Source: Hypanus sabinus (taxonomy: Eukaryota). Taken from it: 64,000 nt of DNA. This document shows, in pieces, positions 12,497 through 24,104 of this stretch (the first letter of the stretch is position 1; every line of letters starts with the position of its first letter). The stretch covers positions 61,318,001 to 61,382,000 of the forward strand of contig NC_082726.1 of NCBI RefSeq assembly GCF_030144855.1. The letters are read 5' to 3'. The translations under genes and the position numbers were made by a program. The notes under the pieces were generated by a model, which saw nothing but the letters and a program-made list of their open reading frames with translations, had not been told where the DNA came from and did not search any database.

Positions 12497-12715
12497 ATTA
12501 AATCCAGGTTAAACTCTTATATTTTGGGCCTAAGGAACCATCCATGGAGAATATTTAGAATCTGCGTGAGCACGATCAGTCTCATCATTTCTGTAACAGT
12601 ACTCGTCTCTGCTCTGATGTTCTGGAAAACTGCGAAATTGTCTCAAGTGCACCCAAGCAGCAAGATCCGAAAAATTGTCAAGAGGCCAGCACAGACAAAA
12701 GTGCCCAGCCAGTGA
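12497..12715 (+). CDS. CDHR1: Putative alternative terminal exon of CDHR1: second transmembrane segment plus short basic tail
   Basis: Branch-like CTAAT (12476-12480), acceptor ttttaacatttgcAG, phase 0 compatible with the donor at 8387. Encodes IKSRLNSYILGLRNHPWRIFRICVSTISLIISVTVLVSALMFWKTAKLSQVHPSSKIRKIVKRP..., which aligns with the canonical TM exon (DNPMKAL...LTVIISTVMFWRNKKSNRVGPVRRIIKRRP). Confidence 0.65.
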   Translation: MKSRLNSYILGLRNHPWRIFRICVSTISLIISVTVLVSALMFWKTAKLSQVHPSSKIRKIVKRPAQTKVPSQ

Positions 12716-12989
12716 CAGTGCAGAACTTCCACTTAACCTCAATACCAAGGACGGGATGCAGAAAATATTTCCTTTTGCTCTTCCAACAATTAATGCTGTG
12801 GGGGTCTGTAAAAGAGTACAGAATGGAAGTGGAGCCTACTGTCTTCATGGACAGAGGGATCATTCAGAATAGTGGCCTTTTACAAGAGCCAGTGAGAAAC
12901 TTTGATATTTAATGGGTGGAATTCCGAAACTGGATGATCACAGGCTGGGTAACCTGTAGGGGATCTTTCCAAGCGGCATGGAGGAAATC

Positions 12990-13605
12990 CAAAAGACCGT
13001 AAGATATAGGAGCAGAATTAGGCCATTTGTCCCATCGAGTCTGCTCTGCCATTTCATCATGGCTGATCCATTTTCCCTCTCAGCCCCAATCTCCTGCCTC
13101 CCCCCCCCCGCCTTCTCCCCCCCACTCCCGTATCCCTTCATGACCTGACTAATTAAGAATTTATCAATCTCTGCCTTAAATATACCCAGTGACCTGGCCT
13201 CCATAGCTGCCTGTGGCAGAGAATTCCACAGATTCAGCATTCTCTGGCTATAGAAATCCCTCCTGATCCCTGTTCTAAACGAACACCTTTCTATTCTGAG
13301 CCTGGGTCCTCTGGTCTTAGACTCCCCTGCCATCTTCTCCACATCCACTCTATCGAGGCCTTTCAACATTCAATAGGTTTCAATGAGGTCACACCTCTTT
13401 CTTCTGAATTACAGTGAGTGGAGGCCCAGAAGCATCAAACATTCTTCATGTGACAAGCCTGTCTATTCCAGAATAATTTTTGTGAACCTCCTCTGAACCC
13501 TCTCCAGTGTCAGCACATCTTTTCTAAGATAAGGGGCCCAAAACTGCTGACAATACTCCAAGTGAGGCCTCACCAGTGTGTTATAAAGCCTCAACATTAC
13601 ATCCA
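12990..13605 (-). mobile_element. CR1 LINE 3' fragment
   Basis: ORF 12938..13369 remnants (LKGLDRVD...FRTGIRRDFYSQRMLNLWNSLP). Same-family copies lie near 22590-23090, 39000-39515 and 57520-58260. Confidence 0.8.
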
Positions 13606-14515
13606 GCTATCGGTGCAAGTGAATGGATATCATAGTGTTGCAAATACACTGGAACAGGCTGAATGGAAGCACAAATTGCTCTGGAGCATGTCATCAGCAC
13701 TACAGCTGGGATGGAGTCAAGATCCATAGATTTTGATGTCTCCATTGTCCTCAGGCATCTCTGGAGATCATGCAGCATCTACTCAACTGAGACCTGCCTT
13801 CTAAGATGCTGGTTTTTCCTGATCTCAGGACGAAGCCAAGAAGGAATCAGTTGGATGCTGTTCGCTGGAGATGTTTGCAGATGCTTCGACCTCTCAGTTG
13901 CATACTCATCCAGGATTGGCATGCTCATGGATTCTGTTCCTCCCATTAGTTATTCAATTCTTTACCAAATTTTAGACAAGAATGTAGCAAGGCAGTGATA
14001 AAGTCATCTGAGACATTATTGTTTATAGCTTGCTGCTTCTGCTGTAGGCACACAAGTAGTCCCGGATGCATGTCAGTTGGAAAATGGTCCATGAAAGAAG
14101 TGACTTAAAAGTCAAATTTCTAACTGAATTTATTATCAAAGTACATATATGTCACTGTATACTACCGTGAGGTTCATTTTCTTGTGGGCATTTTCAGGAA
14201 AATAAAGAAGTACAATTGAATTAAAAAATATATGTAAATAACAAAGACTGACAACCAACCAATGTTCAAAAGAGAGAAAAGAAAAAATCAGAGAGAAAAG
14301 TAGCTTTTAAAATTCAAAAGATTACACAATAATAAATATATTAACTGAAGCAACACACACAAAATGCTGGAGAAACTCAACAGCTCAGGCAGCATCTATG
14401 GGAATGAATGAACAGTTAATGTTTCTAGCCGAGACCCTTCTTCAGGACTGAGGAGGAAGTGGGAAGATGACAGAATATAAAGGTGAAGAGGGGAAGGAAG
14501 ATAGCTGGAAGGTGG

Positions 14516-14710
14516 TGATGCACCATCAATAACTCTTGGAGACGGGAAGCGAATGATAGACTTTTATTAGCAGCAAAAGTGACCACAACATCTTGGAGAC
14601 TGAGGGAGGAGCAGTGCCCCAATTGCCTTTGTACAGGGGTCTGTGGGAGGAGCCACAGGAGCAGTCAGCAGAGGGGCATGTCCAGACAAGTATACACATA
14701 GTTTAGCACA
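14516..14710 (-). mobile_element. Short solo LTR (195 bp) nested in a Penelope-like repeat
   Basis: TG...CA ends, near-perfect TSD GGTGG/GGTGA, homologous to 55226-55443. Confidence 0.75.
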
Positions 14711-15304
14711 GGTGATGAGTGAAGTCAGGTGAGTGGGAAAGGTCAAGGGATGGAGAAGTAAGAATCTGTTAGGAGAGGAGAGTGGGCCATAGGAGATAGG
14801 GAAGGAGGAGGGGACACAGGGGGCAGTGATAGTCAGGTGAGAAGAGGTAAAAGGCTAGAGTGGAGAAGAGGGGAGGGGAGGGGAGGGGAATTTTTTTATC
14901 AAAAGGAGAAATCGATGTTCATGCCACCAAGTTTGAGGCTACCCAGAAGGAATATAAGAGTTTGATGCTCCACTCTGAAGGTGGCTTCAGCTTGACACAA
15001 GAAGAGGCCGCGGACCGACATGTTGGAATGGGAATGGGAATTGGAATTAAAATGTTTAACTGGAAACCTGGCTCGTGCTTCCTTTGAAATCAAGACTCAT
15101 GCTTTACTCTTCAACAGTCAGATTTGGCTGCACAGTTATAGATGGAGGGGATTCCCTATTATCAGGAAATGAGGAACAAATCTGACTTCTGGACACTTAA
15201 AGATTGAGCCCAGAATTATCTTGTGAGCACTATTTATGTGTGTTAGAAATGAGGAGCCTAGTCCTTTGGACTAAATCACGTGTTTTTTTTGTACTCTTTT
15301 ACAG

Positions 15305-15868
15305 ACTTTTGGCAAGGGGCATTTGGCAGACTTTTTAATGCAATCTAAAGATAATCCTATGAAAGCGCTAGGAGCAATAGCCGGAATTGTTTGCTTTTTT
15401 GTGGTTCTGACTGTCATAATTTCCACGGTCATGTTTTGGCGGAACAAGAAGTCCAACAGAGTGGGTCCCGTGAGACGCATCATAAAGCGACGGCCAGGCT
15501 GGAAACTGCAGAGCCGCAGGTCAAGGTGGTTCCAGGGTAAGAGGTCAAGGAAAAAAAGGGCTAATTTAATGACTTGTGCATCCAGCCAGCACTTGCAAAA
15601 CACAAGTACGAACAATAACCGCCCGGCACTTCCACTGGCTTTGCCAAGTGCACCCTTGCTTCCCCCTCCACTGACCACTCACTCGGCCAGACTCAATAAA
15701 CCCAAATGGGACCTACCAACTGTCTCAGGATCCATCAGTCCCAAAACAAACTACAACCCTCAGCAATCAAATAATACCACCATGAACATCAATGGAGCTC
15801 TGGTGTCAGAGCTTAAACAGCGCCTGGAGAGAAAAATGAAAGAAGATGCTTCTAAGCTGTACTTGTAA
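15305..15868 (+). CDS. CDHR1: CDHR1 canonical terminal coding exon: TM helix plus Pro-rich cytoplasmic tail
   Basis: Polypyrimidine acceptor ctcttttacAG (15303-15304), phase 0. TFGKGHLADFLMQSKDNPMKALGAIAG...FWRNKKSNRV...WDLPTVSGSI...[12 protein letters not shown] matches the recalled CDHR1 C-terminus (DNPMKAVGVLAG, FWRNKKSNKV, PTVSGSL, LISELKQKFEKK). Stop is TAA. Confidence 0.95.
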   Translation, partial: TFGKGHLADFLMQSKDNPMKALGAIAGIVCFFVVLTVIISTVMFWRNKKSNRVGPVRRIIKRRPGWKLQSRRSRWFQGKRSRKKRANLMTCASSQHLQNTSTNNNRPALPLALPSAPLLPPPLTTHSARLNKPKWDLPTVSGSISPKTNYNPQQSNNTTMNINGALVSELKQRLERKMKEDASKLYL

Positions 15869-15957
15869 AATGTTTGGATGCTACAATAAGTATTGATATG
15901 ATTGAAATGCTCTGTTGTTGATGCTTTCTATTTCTGTCAAAGAACTGTGTTTAATAA

Positions 15958-16739
15958 CTCTGGACAACAAATCTTTTCAAAAGTGTTGCTTCCTCAGAAT
16001 TTTCTTTTTGTTTATGATAGACCGCTTGAAGCTGAACTCAAGTATAATTTCAGACTAGTCGTATCACATAGGGGTTTGGAGAAACAAGAAATGAACTTTT
16101 ATTGAATGTAGTGCATTTAACTGCATAACGGTGCTGACACTTTGCAATCATTCAACTAGGTTTAAAAAAGTTTTCTTGATGATTTTCATTTGTACTCAGT
16201 GTCTGAGGCTTCTTGCTTCAGTATTTAGCAATAATCAGCCAGCATTGATGGATTCCAGTTGCCCTGATACTGTTTCTCCGTGACCGTAATGTCCTGGTGA
16301 AACCTTTCACTGTGCTCGTCACTGACAGTGCCACATTTTGAAGGGAAGAAGTCTAAATGGGGATGCAGAAAATAAATCTTCAATGGTTGTGTACACTTGA
16401 AGCATGTTGTCAACCAGCTGCACATGGTTTGGTGCTCTGTAGTTGCCAAGAAAATTTTCAACAACATCCTTGAATGCCTTCCATGTGATTTTCTCCAGTC
16501 CCACTTAAAATTGCCTGTCATTGATGGCCTGTTTGATTTGCGGACCAATAAAAAATGCTTTCCTTAATCTTGGCATCAGTTGTTCTGACTGGAATTATGA
16601 ATTGAAATAGCAAATATAGGCGATTATTGAAAAAAGGAGCACTGCAGGAAAACGTCACGGTGTTTTTCATGTTCAGCAGCCCAAAATCCACAAGATACAC
16701 CCAAAAGTATTCAGGAAGCAAAGTCTTTGTTGTCCAGTG
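15958..16739 (-). mobile_element. Internally deleted Chapaev3-like (CMC superfamily) DNA transposon
   Basis: TIRs C(A/T)CTGGACAACAAA and TAA TSD (15955-15957, 16740-16742). Transposase remnants KIKESIF, WKAFKDVVENFLGNYRAPN and KIYFLHPHLDFFP...VSDEHSERFHQDI...YQGNWNPSMLADYC. Confidence 0.8.
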
Positions 16740-17629
16740 TAATTGCCTGGTTTCTAACTCACTGCAGCTTTTCTTAAGAATAATTTATGCATAATATTAC
16801 GCACTCATTTTTCACTTAAACGTGTCAATTACACTAGAATCAGATTCAGGTTTGCTATCACTGGCATATGTTGTGCAATTTGTTGTTGAAATGTGCATCA
16901 TATGCAGTTTATAGATTAAGCAGATAGAGTAACAAATTTGACAAGTGGGGTCAGAAGACCACCAGAGAATACAGAGCGATCAGAAAGCAAAACAGTTTCA
17001 GAAGAGGACAGGTGTTACTCACAATACAATAGGACCACAGTGACATATATAAAGTATAAAGTACACACAATGCTGGAGGAACTCAGCAGCTTAGGCAGCA
17101 TCAATGGAAAGGAATAAACAGCAGACGATTTAAGGCCAAGACCCTTCATCACCTTGGCCCCAACCATTGACTGTTCTGCTCCATAGATGCTGCCTGACCT
17201 GCCGAGCTCCTCCAGCATTTTTTGTGCGTTGCTCTGGATTTCCAGCATCTGCAGGATCTTTAGTGTACATAAAATACAATCTCTCCCTCTCAGCTCTCAA
17301 ACACTGATACTTCCAATCTTCCACATGAATTCAGACAATAATTTCAAAGAAGAGCTTAGTTCATTGTTTTCTCAAAGGAGGGATCGTAAAAGGCAAGAAA
17401 CACCCCTTTGGTAATTTATGTTTTAATTAAAATAATCCTCGTTTAGTTATATCTATGAAAGGAAAATGGATTACCACACTAAAGAATGATTGAATGCTGC
17501 ACATTTTTTCATTAAAGGGAATCTTAATTATGCTGCAATCACGATTTTTCACACTTTAGTCACTGGATTCTAAATTTTAAATCAGAAGCATAACAATTAA
17601 ATTATGCCCCATCTTCTCGCTGCCTTAAA

Positions 17630-18460
17630 AGTGATGACTCCTTCTTGTCCTTACCTACCACCCCATCAGCCTCTGCATTCAACATGCTATTCCCTGCAAC
17701 CTCTGCCATTTCCAAATGGATCCTACTACTAATCATTTCTTAACCTTCCCCTTTCTCCACTTTCCACAGGGATCACTCACTGTGCAATTCCCTTATCCAT
17801 TCATCCCTCCCCTCTAATATCCTTCCTGGCACTTATTCCTGCAAACAGCCTAAGTGTTACCCCTGCCTATACACCTCCTCGCTCCCCTACTTTCAGGGAC
17901 CCAAGCAGTCCTTCCAGGTGAGGCATCATCTCACCTGCAAATCTGCTGGGGTCATCTGTTGTGTGGTACTCCCAATGTGGCTTCCTCTACATTGGTGAGA
18001 CCTATCGTAAAATGGGGGACCGCTTCATTGAGCATCACTGCTTCATCTGCCACAAGTAGGAATTCCTGGTGGTAAAATATTTTAATTTTGATTTCCATTC
18101 CTGTTCCTACATGTTGATCCATGGCATCCTCTTGTGCCTCTTTCCGGTAAACAAATTCCATACTCAGACTTTTTACTTCTTCTCACTTGACTATTACTTC
18201 CCCTTCCCTTTCTCCTATGGTCCTCTCTCCCCTCCTATCAGATTCCTTCTTCTCTCGCTCTTGACCTTTCCCACCCACTTGGCTTCACCTATCACTTTCT
18301 AGCTATCCTCCTTCCCCTCTCCCCACCTCTTTATTCTGCCCTGTACCCCCTTCCTTCTCAGTCCTGAAGAAGGGTCTCGACCTGAAATGTTGATTGTATT
18401 CTTTCTGCTAAATGCTGCCAGACCTGCTGAGTTCCTCCAGCATTTTGTGTGTGTTGCTCT
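17630..18460 (+). mobile_element. Penelope-like retroelement 3' fragment (GIY-YIG endonuclease remnant plus pseudo-LTR)
   Basis: Degenerate GVI.C...C.LYIGET...GDRFIEH motif near 17940-18040, followed by the family terminal sequence ...gctgagttcctccagcattttgtgtgtg. Confidence 0.75.
18359..18396 (+). ncRNA. Minimal hammerhead ribozyme motif (diverged)
   Basis: CAGTC-CTGAAGA-AGGGTCTCGACCT-GAAA-TG-TT-GATTG. Confidence 0.55.
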
Positions 18461-19880
18461 GTATTTCAAAATTAGTAGCAGTCTCTGGAAATCATCCACA
18501 AATCCAATGCTAAATTTGGATCATTTCAATCCTGATCTTTTGATTTTGTTGCTTTTTATTTTAGATTTCATTTTGCTGAATATAAATGCACAGTATCAAA
18601 CTGGGTTTCAGAAAAAAGTGGAATGACTTGTTTCTTTCAAATCAATTTCTGTTGTCTCAATCTGCTCAACAGCGATGAAGTAATTTTGAGGTGTTGCCAT
18701 TGTAACATTGGAAACCCAGATGATATGTCTGATTAAGCAAGATTAATCTGATGACTGTCAGTGCAATGAATGTTTTTTATGTGCATGTTTTTCAATATAC
18801 ATATTCATTCTGAGAAAATGGAATATTGTTCATGTCATGGTTCTTTATAATTTGTTACTTGTCAGAACAGATCTCTAGGAATGATCACCTGTAGGACAAT
18901 GTTCGCATTTTTTTTGCATTGAGACAGTGACAGAAATGTTTTATGTGCTGATATAAAATTCCTTCTGCTTCAATTATGGCATTTGAAAAGAATAGTGTGA
19001 TAATTAAAATAGTGAAGAAAGAATTTGTATAAACAGATGTTCAGATTCAGATTTATTTATCGCAAGTGCATCGAACCATACAGTGAAATGTGCCATTTGC
19101 TTTAACCACCAACGCACGTACTTGACAGAACAACACAGAATACAACAAAATGGAACAAAACAACATCAAAAAGTCCCCTTTCCTCCCTCCCACCCTCCCA
19201 CCTTATTCCCATGCTTAATATGGATAATAGAGCATTGTCTTCTCAACCAAACTTTCATTTGAATCTGCTTGCTGTGGGTTAAACATATTCAGTGATCCTG
19301 CCAAGCTTTACTGAAACACTGCCCAAAGAAAAGTTGGTGGGAGGATACAGGAAATGATCTTCATTCCTTTATTCTGGAGCAGAACAAGTAGAGTGGAAAG
19401 GGAAGAGAAGGAAATGAGTGAAGAGGTTACTGTTTCATTAGTATCCACCATTGTAGGGAGGTGGGGAAACAATAGATATTCAGCCTTCTGTGGCCAGGGA
19501 TAGGATGAGTGTTTGGCAAATCCTTTTTGATGGTGGGTGTACACTTCATTTCTACCTAGTGCACTTCAAGGATGCTTTGCTGGGAGACATAGAGTACTCA
19601 ATGAATGTCCGTTGCCTCTCTAGATGAAATCCTTTCAGTTCACAGAATAGCACTGGGATATTTAGTTGTAAGTTTGGTATAGTTCTTGTAAAGGGCTCAG
19701 GGCATTAAAAGGCTTTGGAGTTCTAATTTTTCTCTGTCTTTTTTTCTGTTTTGTGGATGTCTGCGAAGAGTAAGGATTTCAGGTTGTATACATTTTCTAA
19801 TACTAAACTGAAGCATTGAAGGCAAACTTACATTTCCCAGTCTTCAAATATGTTGTTTTGTATTATATGCTACTTTGATA

Positions 19881-19886
19881 AATAAA
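19881..19886 (+). terminator. Candidate distal polyadenylation signal of CDHR1
   Basis: AATAAA preceded by UGUA/U-rich sequence at the end of an AT-rich stretch. There is no transcript evidence and other AATAAA hexamers lie closer to the stop. Confidence 0.25.
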
Positions 19887-20029
19887 AGTTAATGAATTTC
19901 TGTACAACCACACTTCGTGCTTCATACTGGATCTGTTTCAGTTGGAATGTTAATTTCAACTTTAACGTAGGTGATCATGTAATTTTCAGAGGCTGCTTCC
20001 ATATAAAACTTTTAGTTTCAATATAATTA

Positions 20030-22245
20030 TAGAGAAGGATAGGACTGGACCCAGGGTTGAGATTTTTGATTGGAGAAAGGCTAACTTTGAGGTGATGTGA
20101 AAGGATTTAGAAGGAGTGGATTGGGACAATTTGTTTTATGGGAAAGATGTAATAGAGAAATGGAGGTCATTTAAAGGTGAAATTTTGAGGGTACAGAATC
20201 TTTATGTTCATGTTAGGTTGAAAGGAAAGGTTAAAAGTTTGTGAGGGACATGGTTTTCAAGGGATATTGGATTCGTTAGGTTCGGAAAAAGAGAGAGATC
20301 TACAATAAATATAGGCAGCATGGAGTAAACGAGGTGCTCAAGGAATATAAAGAATGTAAGAAGAATCTTAAGAAGGAAATTAGAAAAGCTAAAAGAAGAT
20401 ATGAGGTTGCTTTGGCAAGTAAGGTGAAAATAAATCTGAAGGGTTTCTACAATTATATTAATAGCAAAAGGATAGTGATGGATAAAATTGGTCCCTTAGA
20501 GAATCAGAGTGGACAGCTATGTGTGGAGCCGAAAGAGATGGGGGAGATTTTGAATAATTTATTTTCTTCAGTATTCACTAAGGAGAAGGATATTGAATTG
20601 TGTAAGGTAAGGGAAACAAGTAAGGAAGTTATGGAAACTATGACAATTAAAGAGGAGCTTTTAAGGAATATAAAAGTGGATAAATCTCCGGGTCCTGACA
20701 GGATATTCCCTAGGACTTTAAGGGAGGTTAGTGTAGAAATAGCAGGGGCTCTGGCAGAAATATTTCAAACGTCATTAGAAACGGGGATGGTGCCAGAGGA
20801 TTGGTGTATTGCTCGTGTAGTTCCATTGTTTTAAAAGGGTTCTAAGAGTAAACCTAGCAATTATAGGCCTGTCAGTTTGACATCAGTGGTGGGTAAATTA
20901 ATGGTAAGTATTCTTAGAGATGGTATATATAATTATCTAGATAGACAGGGTCTGATTAGGAACAGTCAACATGGATTTGTGTGTGGAAGGTCATGTTTGA
21001 CAAATCTTATTGAATTTTTTGAAGAGGTTACGAGGAAAGTTGACAAGGTAGAGCAGTGGATGTTGTCTATATGGACTTCAGTAAGGCCTTTGACAAGGTT
21101 CCACATGGAAGGTTAGTTAGGAAGGTTCAATTGTTGGGTACTAATATTGAAGTAGTAAAATGGATTCAACAGTGGCTGGATGGGAGATGCCAGAGAGTAG
21201 TGGTGGATAACTGTTTGTCAGGTTGGAGGCCGGTGACTAGTAGTGTGCCTCAGGGATCTGTACTGGGTCCAATGTTGTTTGTCATATACATTAATGATCT
21301 GGATGATGGGGTGGTAAATTGGATTAGTAAGTATGCAGATGATACTAAAGTAGGTGGCGCTGTGGACAATGAAGTAGGTTTTCAAAGTTTGCAGAGAGAT
21401 TTAGGCCAGTTAGAAGAGTGGGCTGAAAGATGGTAGATGGAGTTTAATGCTGATAAGTGTGAGGTGCTACATTTTGGTAGGACTAATCAAAATAGTTCAT
21501 ACATGGTAAATGGTAGGGCATCAAAGAATGCAGTAGAACAGAGTGATCTAGGAATAATGGTGCATAGTTCCCTGAAGGTGGAATCTCATGTGGATAGGGT
21601 GGTGAAGAAAGCTTTTGGTATGTTGGCCTTTATAAATCAGAACATTGAGTATAGGAGTTGGGATGTAATGTTAAAATTGTACAAGGCATTGGTAAGGCCG
21701 AATTTGGAGTATTGTGTATAGTTCTGGTCACTGAATTATAGGAAAGATGTCAACAAAATAAAGAGATTTCAGAGAAGATTTATTAGAACGTTATCTGGGT
21801 TTCAGCACCTAAATTACAGACAAAGGTTGAACAAGTCAAGTCTTTATTCTTTGGAGTGTAGAAGGTTGAGGGGGGACTTGATAGAGGTATTTAAAATTAT
21901 GAGGGAGATAGGTAGAGTTGACGTGGATAGGCTTTTTCCATTGAGAGTAGGGGAGATTCAAACAAGAGGACATGAGTTGAGACAGGGGGCAAAAGTTTAA
22001 GGGTAACACGAGGGGGAATTTCTTTACTCAGGGAGAGGTAGCTGTGTGGAATGAGCTTCCAGTAGAAATGGTAGAGGCAGGTTCGGTATTAGCTTTTAAA
22101 GCAAAATTGGATAGGTATATGGACAGGAAAGTAATAGAGGGTTATGGGCTGAGTGCAGGTCAGTGGGACTAGGTGAGAGTAAGCGTTCGGCACGGACTAG
22201 AAGGGCCACGACGGCCTGTTTCTGTGCTGTAATTGTTATATGGTT
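20030..22245 (+). mobile_element. CR1 LINE, about 2.2 kb, 5'-truncated, with disrupted RT ORF2
   Basis: KSPGPDRIFPR, QHGFVCGRSCLTNL, YMDFSKAFDKVPH, VPQGSVLGP, SKYADDTK and VRPNLEYC, with stops and frameshifts. CR1 3' UTR and tail present. Confidence 0.95.
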
Positions 22246-23099
22246 AAAACTACAAGGATATCTGACCTACTTGCAAAAACATTTGACGTGCATTCTACAC
22301 CCATTTAGATGAGCACGTTACTATCAAGTTTAGTTGCAGTATAAGATGATGAATGGCTCAGCACCATGGTAGCGTAGTGGTAAGCACAACGCATCACAGT
22401 ACAGGTGACCTGGGATCAATTCCCAGCACTGCCTGTAAGGAATTTGTACGTTCTCCCCGTGACTACATGGGTTTCTTCCGGGTGCTCTGGTTTCCTTCCG
22501 CAGTCCAAAGTCATACCAGTTGGTAGGTTAATTGGTCATTGTAAATGGTCCTGTCATCAGGCTCAGATTAAACTGGGGGATACCCAATGATGGCCTCCAC
22601 AGTCCTCTGTGGCAATGAATTCTGCAGATTCTTCACCCTCTGGCTAAACACATTTCTCCTTATTTGTGCTCTAAAGGGATGTCTGAGGCTGTGCTCTCTG
22701 GTCCTAGCCCTCCCCACTATTGGAAACATCCTTTCCATCTCCACCTTATTTAGGCCTTTCAATATTTGATAGGTTTCAATGCGATCTCCCCTCATTCTTT
22801 GATATTCCAGGGAGGGCCAGAGCCATCAAACATTAACTCTTTCAATCCTGGGATCATTCTAATGAACCTCCTCTGGATTTTCTCAAAGGTCACCACATCC
22901 TTTCTTAGATAAGGAGCCCAAAAGTGCTTACAAAAGTCCAAGCATGGTCTGACCAGTGCCTTATAAAGCCTCAGCAGCACATCCTTGCTTTTATGTTACA
23001 GTCCTCTCAAAATGAATGCAAACATTGCATTTGCCTTCCTCACTCCTGACACAACCTGCAAGTTAACGTTTTGGGAATTCTACACTAGGACTTCTGGTT

Positions 23100-24100
23100 C
23101 CCTTCCTTACCCACAGGTGAAGTACTGGCATAACTGGAGGATGGCCAATATACCTTTATTTAAGAGTGGCTGCAAGGACAATCCAGGGAACTCTAGGTTG
23201 GTGAGCAGGTAAGTTCTTGGAATGGATTCCAAGAGACAGGATTTACCTGTATCTAATTGAGTCTTTTGAAGAGCTGATCAGGAGGTTTGCTGAGGACAGG
23301 ACAGTGGATACTGCCTAAGTGACCTTTAGTAAGGTTTTTAATATAGTCCCACATGGAAGACTGATCTAGAACATGAAATCACATGAGATGCGGGGTGAGC
23401 TAGCCAAATTAAAACAAAATTGGCTTGGTGGAAGGAGTCAGACATAGTTGGTGAAAAGTTGTTCTCCATTGTGGGGGTGTGGAATGCACTGCCTCAGAAG
23501 GCAGTGGAGGCCAATTCTCTGGATGCTTTCAAGAAGGAGCTAGATAGGTATCTTATGGATAGGGGAATCAAGGGATATGGGGACAAGGCAGGAACCGGGT
23601 ATTGATAGTAGATAATCAGCCATGATCTCAGAATGGCGGTGCAGGCTCAAAGGGCCGAATGGTCTACTTCTGCACCTATTGTCTATTATCTTGGAGGCCT
23701 GTGGTCAGTGGTGTGCCATAGAGATCAGTTCTGGGCCCTTATTGATCATTATACATATGTAATGATTTGGATGAAGAAGTTGGTGTCATGATTAGTAAGT
23801 TTGCAGGTGACACCAATGTCGGTGATGTAGTGGACAGAGAGAAGAGTTATCTAAGGTTAAACAGGATCTGGATCTACTGTGAATGGACAAAGCAATGCAG
23901 ATGAACTTTAATTCAGGCAAGTGCAAAGTGATGCATTTTGGGCAATTATACTAGGGAGGGAATTACATAGTAATTGGCAGGATGTTGAAGAAGAGAAAAG
24001 CCTGGGAGTACGAGTGGATAGTTTCCTGAAAATGGCAGCACTGGTAGACTGGGTGGTGAAGAAGGCACACTTATCTTCATCAGATAGGATAAAGAGTACA
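23100..24100 (+). mobile_element. Old CR1 RT remnant with a nested younger CR1 3' tail (about 23475-23690)
   Basis: Degenerate RT nucleotide motifs interrupted by the WNALPQKAVEA...tail sequence shared with 46210-46440. Confidence 0.65.
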
Positions 24101-24104
24101 AGGC

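Noticed and set aside
15271-15678. Antisense ORFs overlapping real exons (also 31048-31388, 8123-8437, 5076-5408)
   Set aside because: They are shadow ORFs of coding exons with no recognisable domain or splice support.
20334-21721. Host reverse-transcriptase gene
   Set aside because: It is a 5'-truncated CR1 ORF2 with stops and frameshifts, present in several copies.
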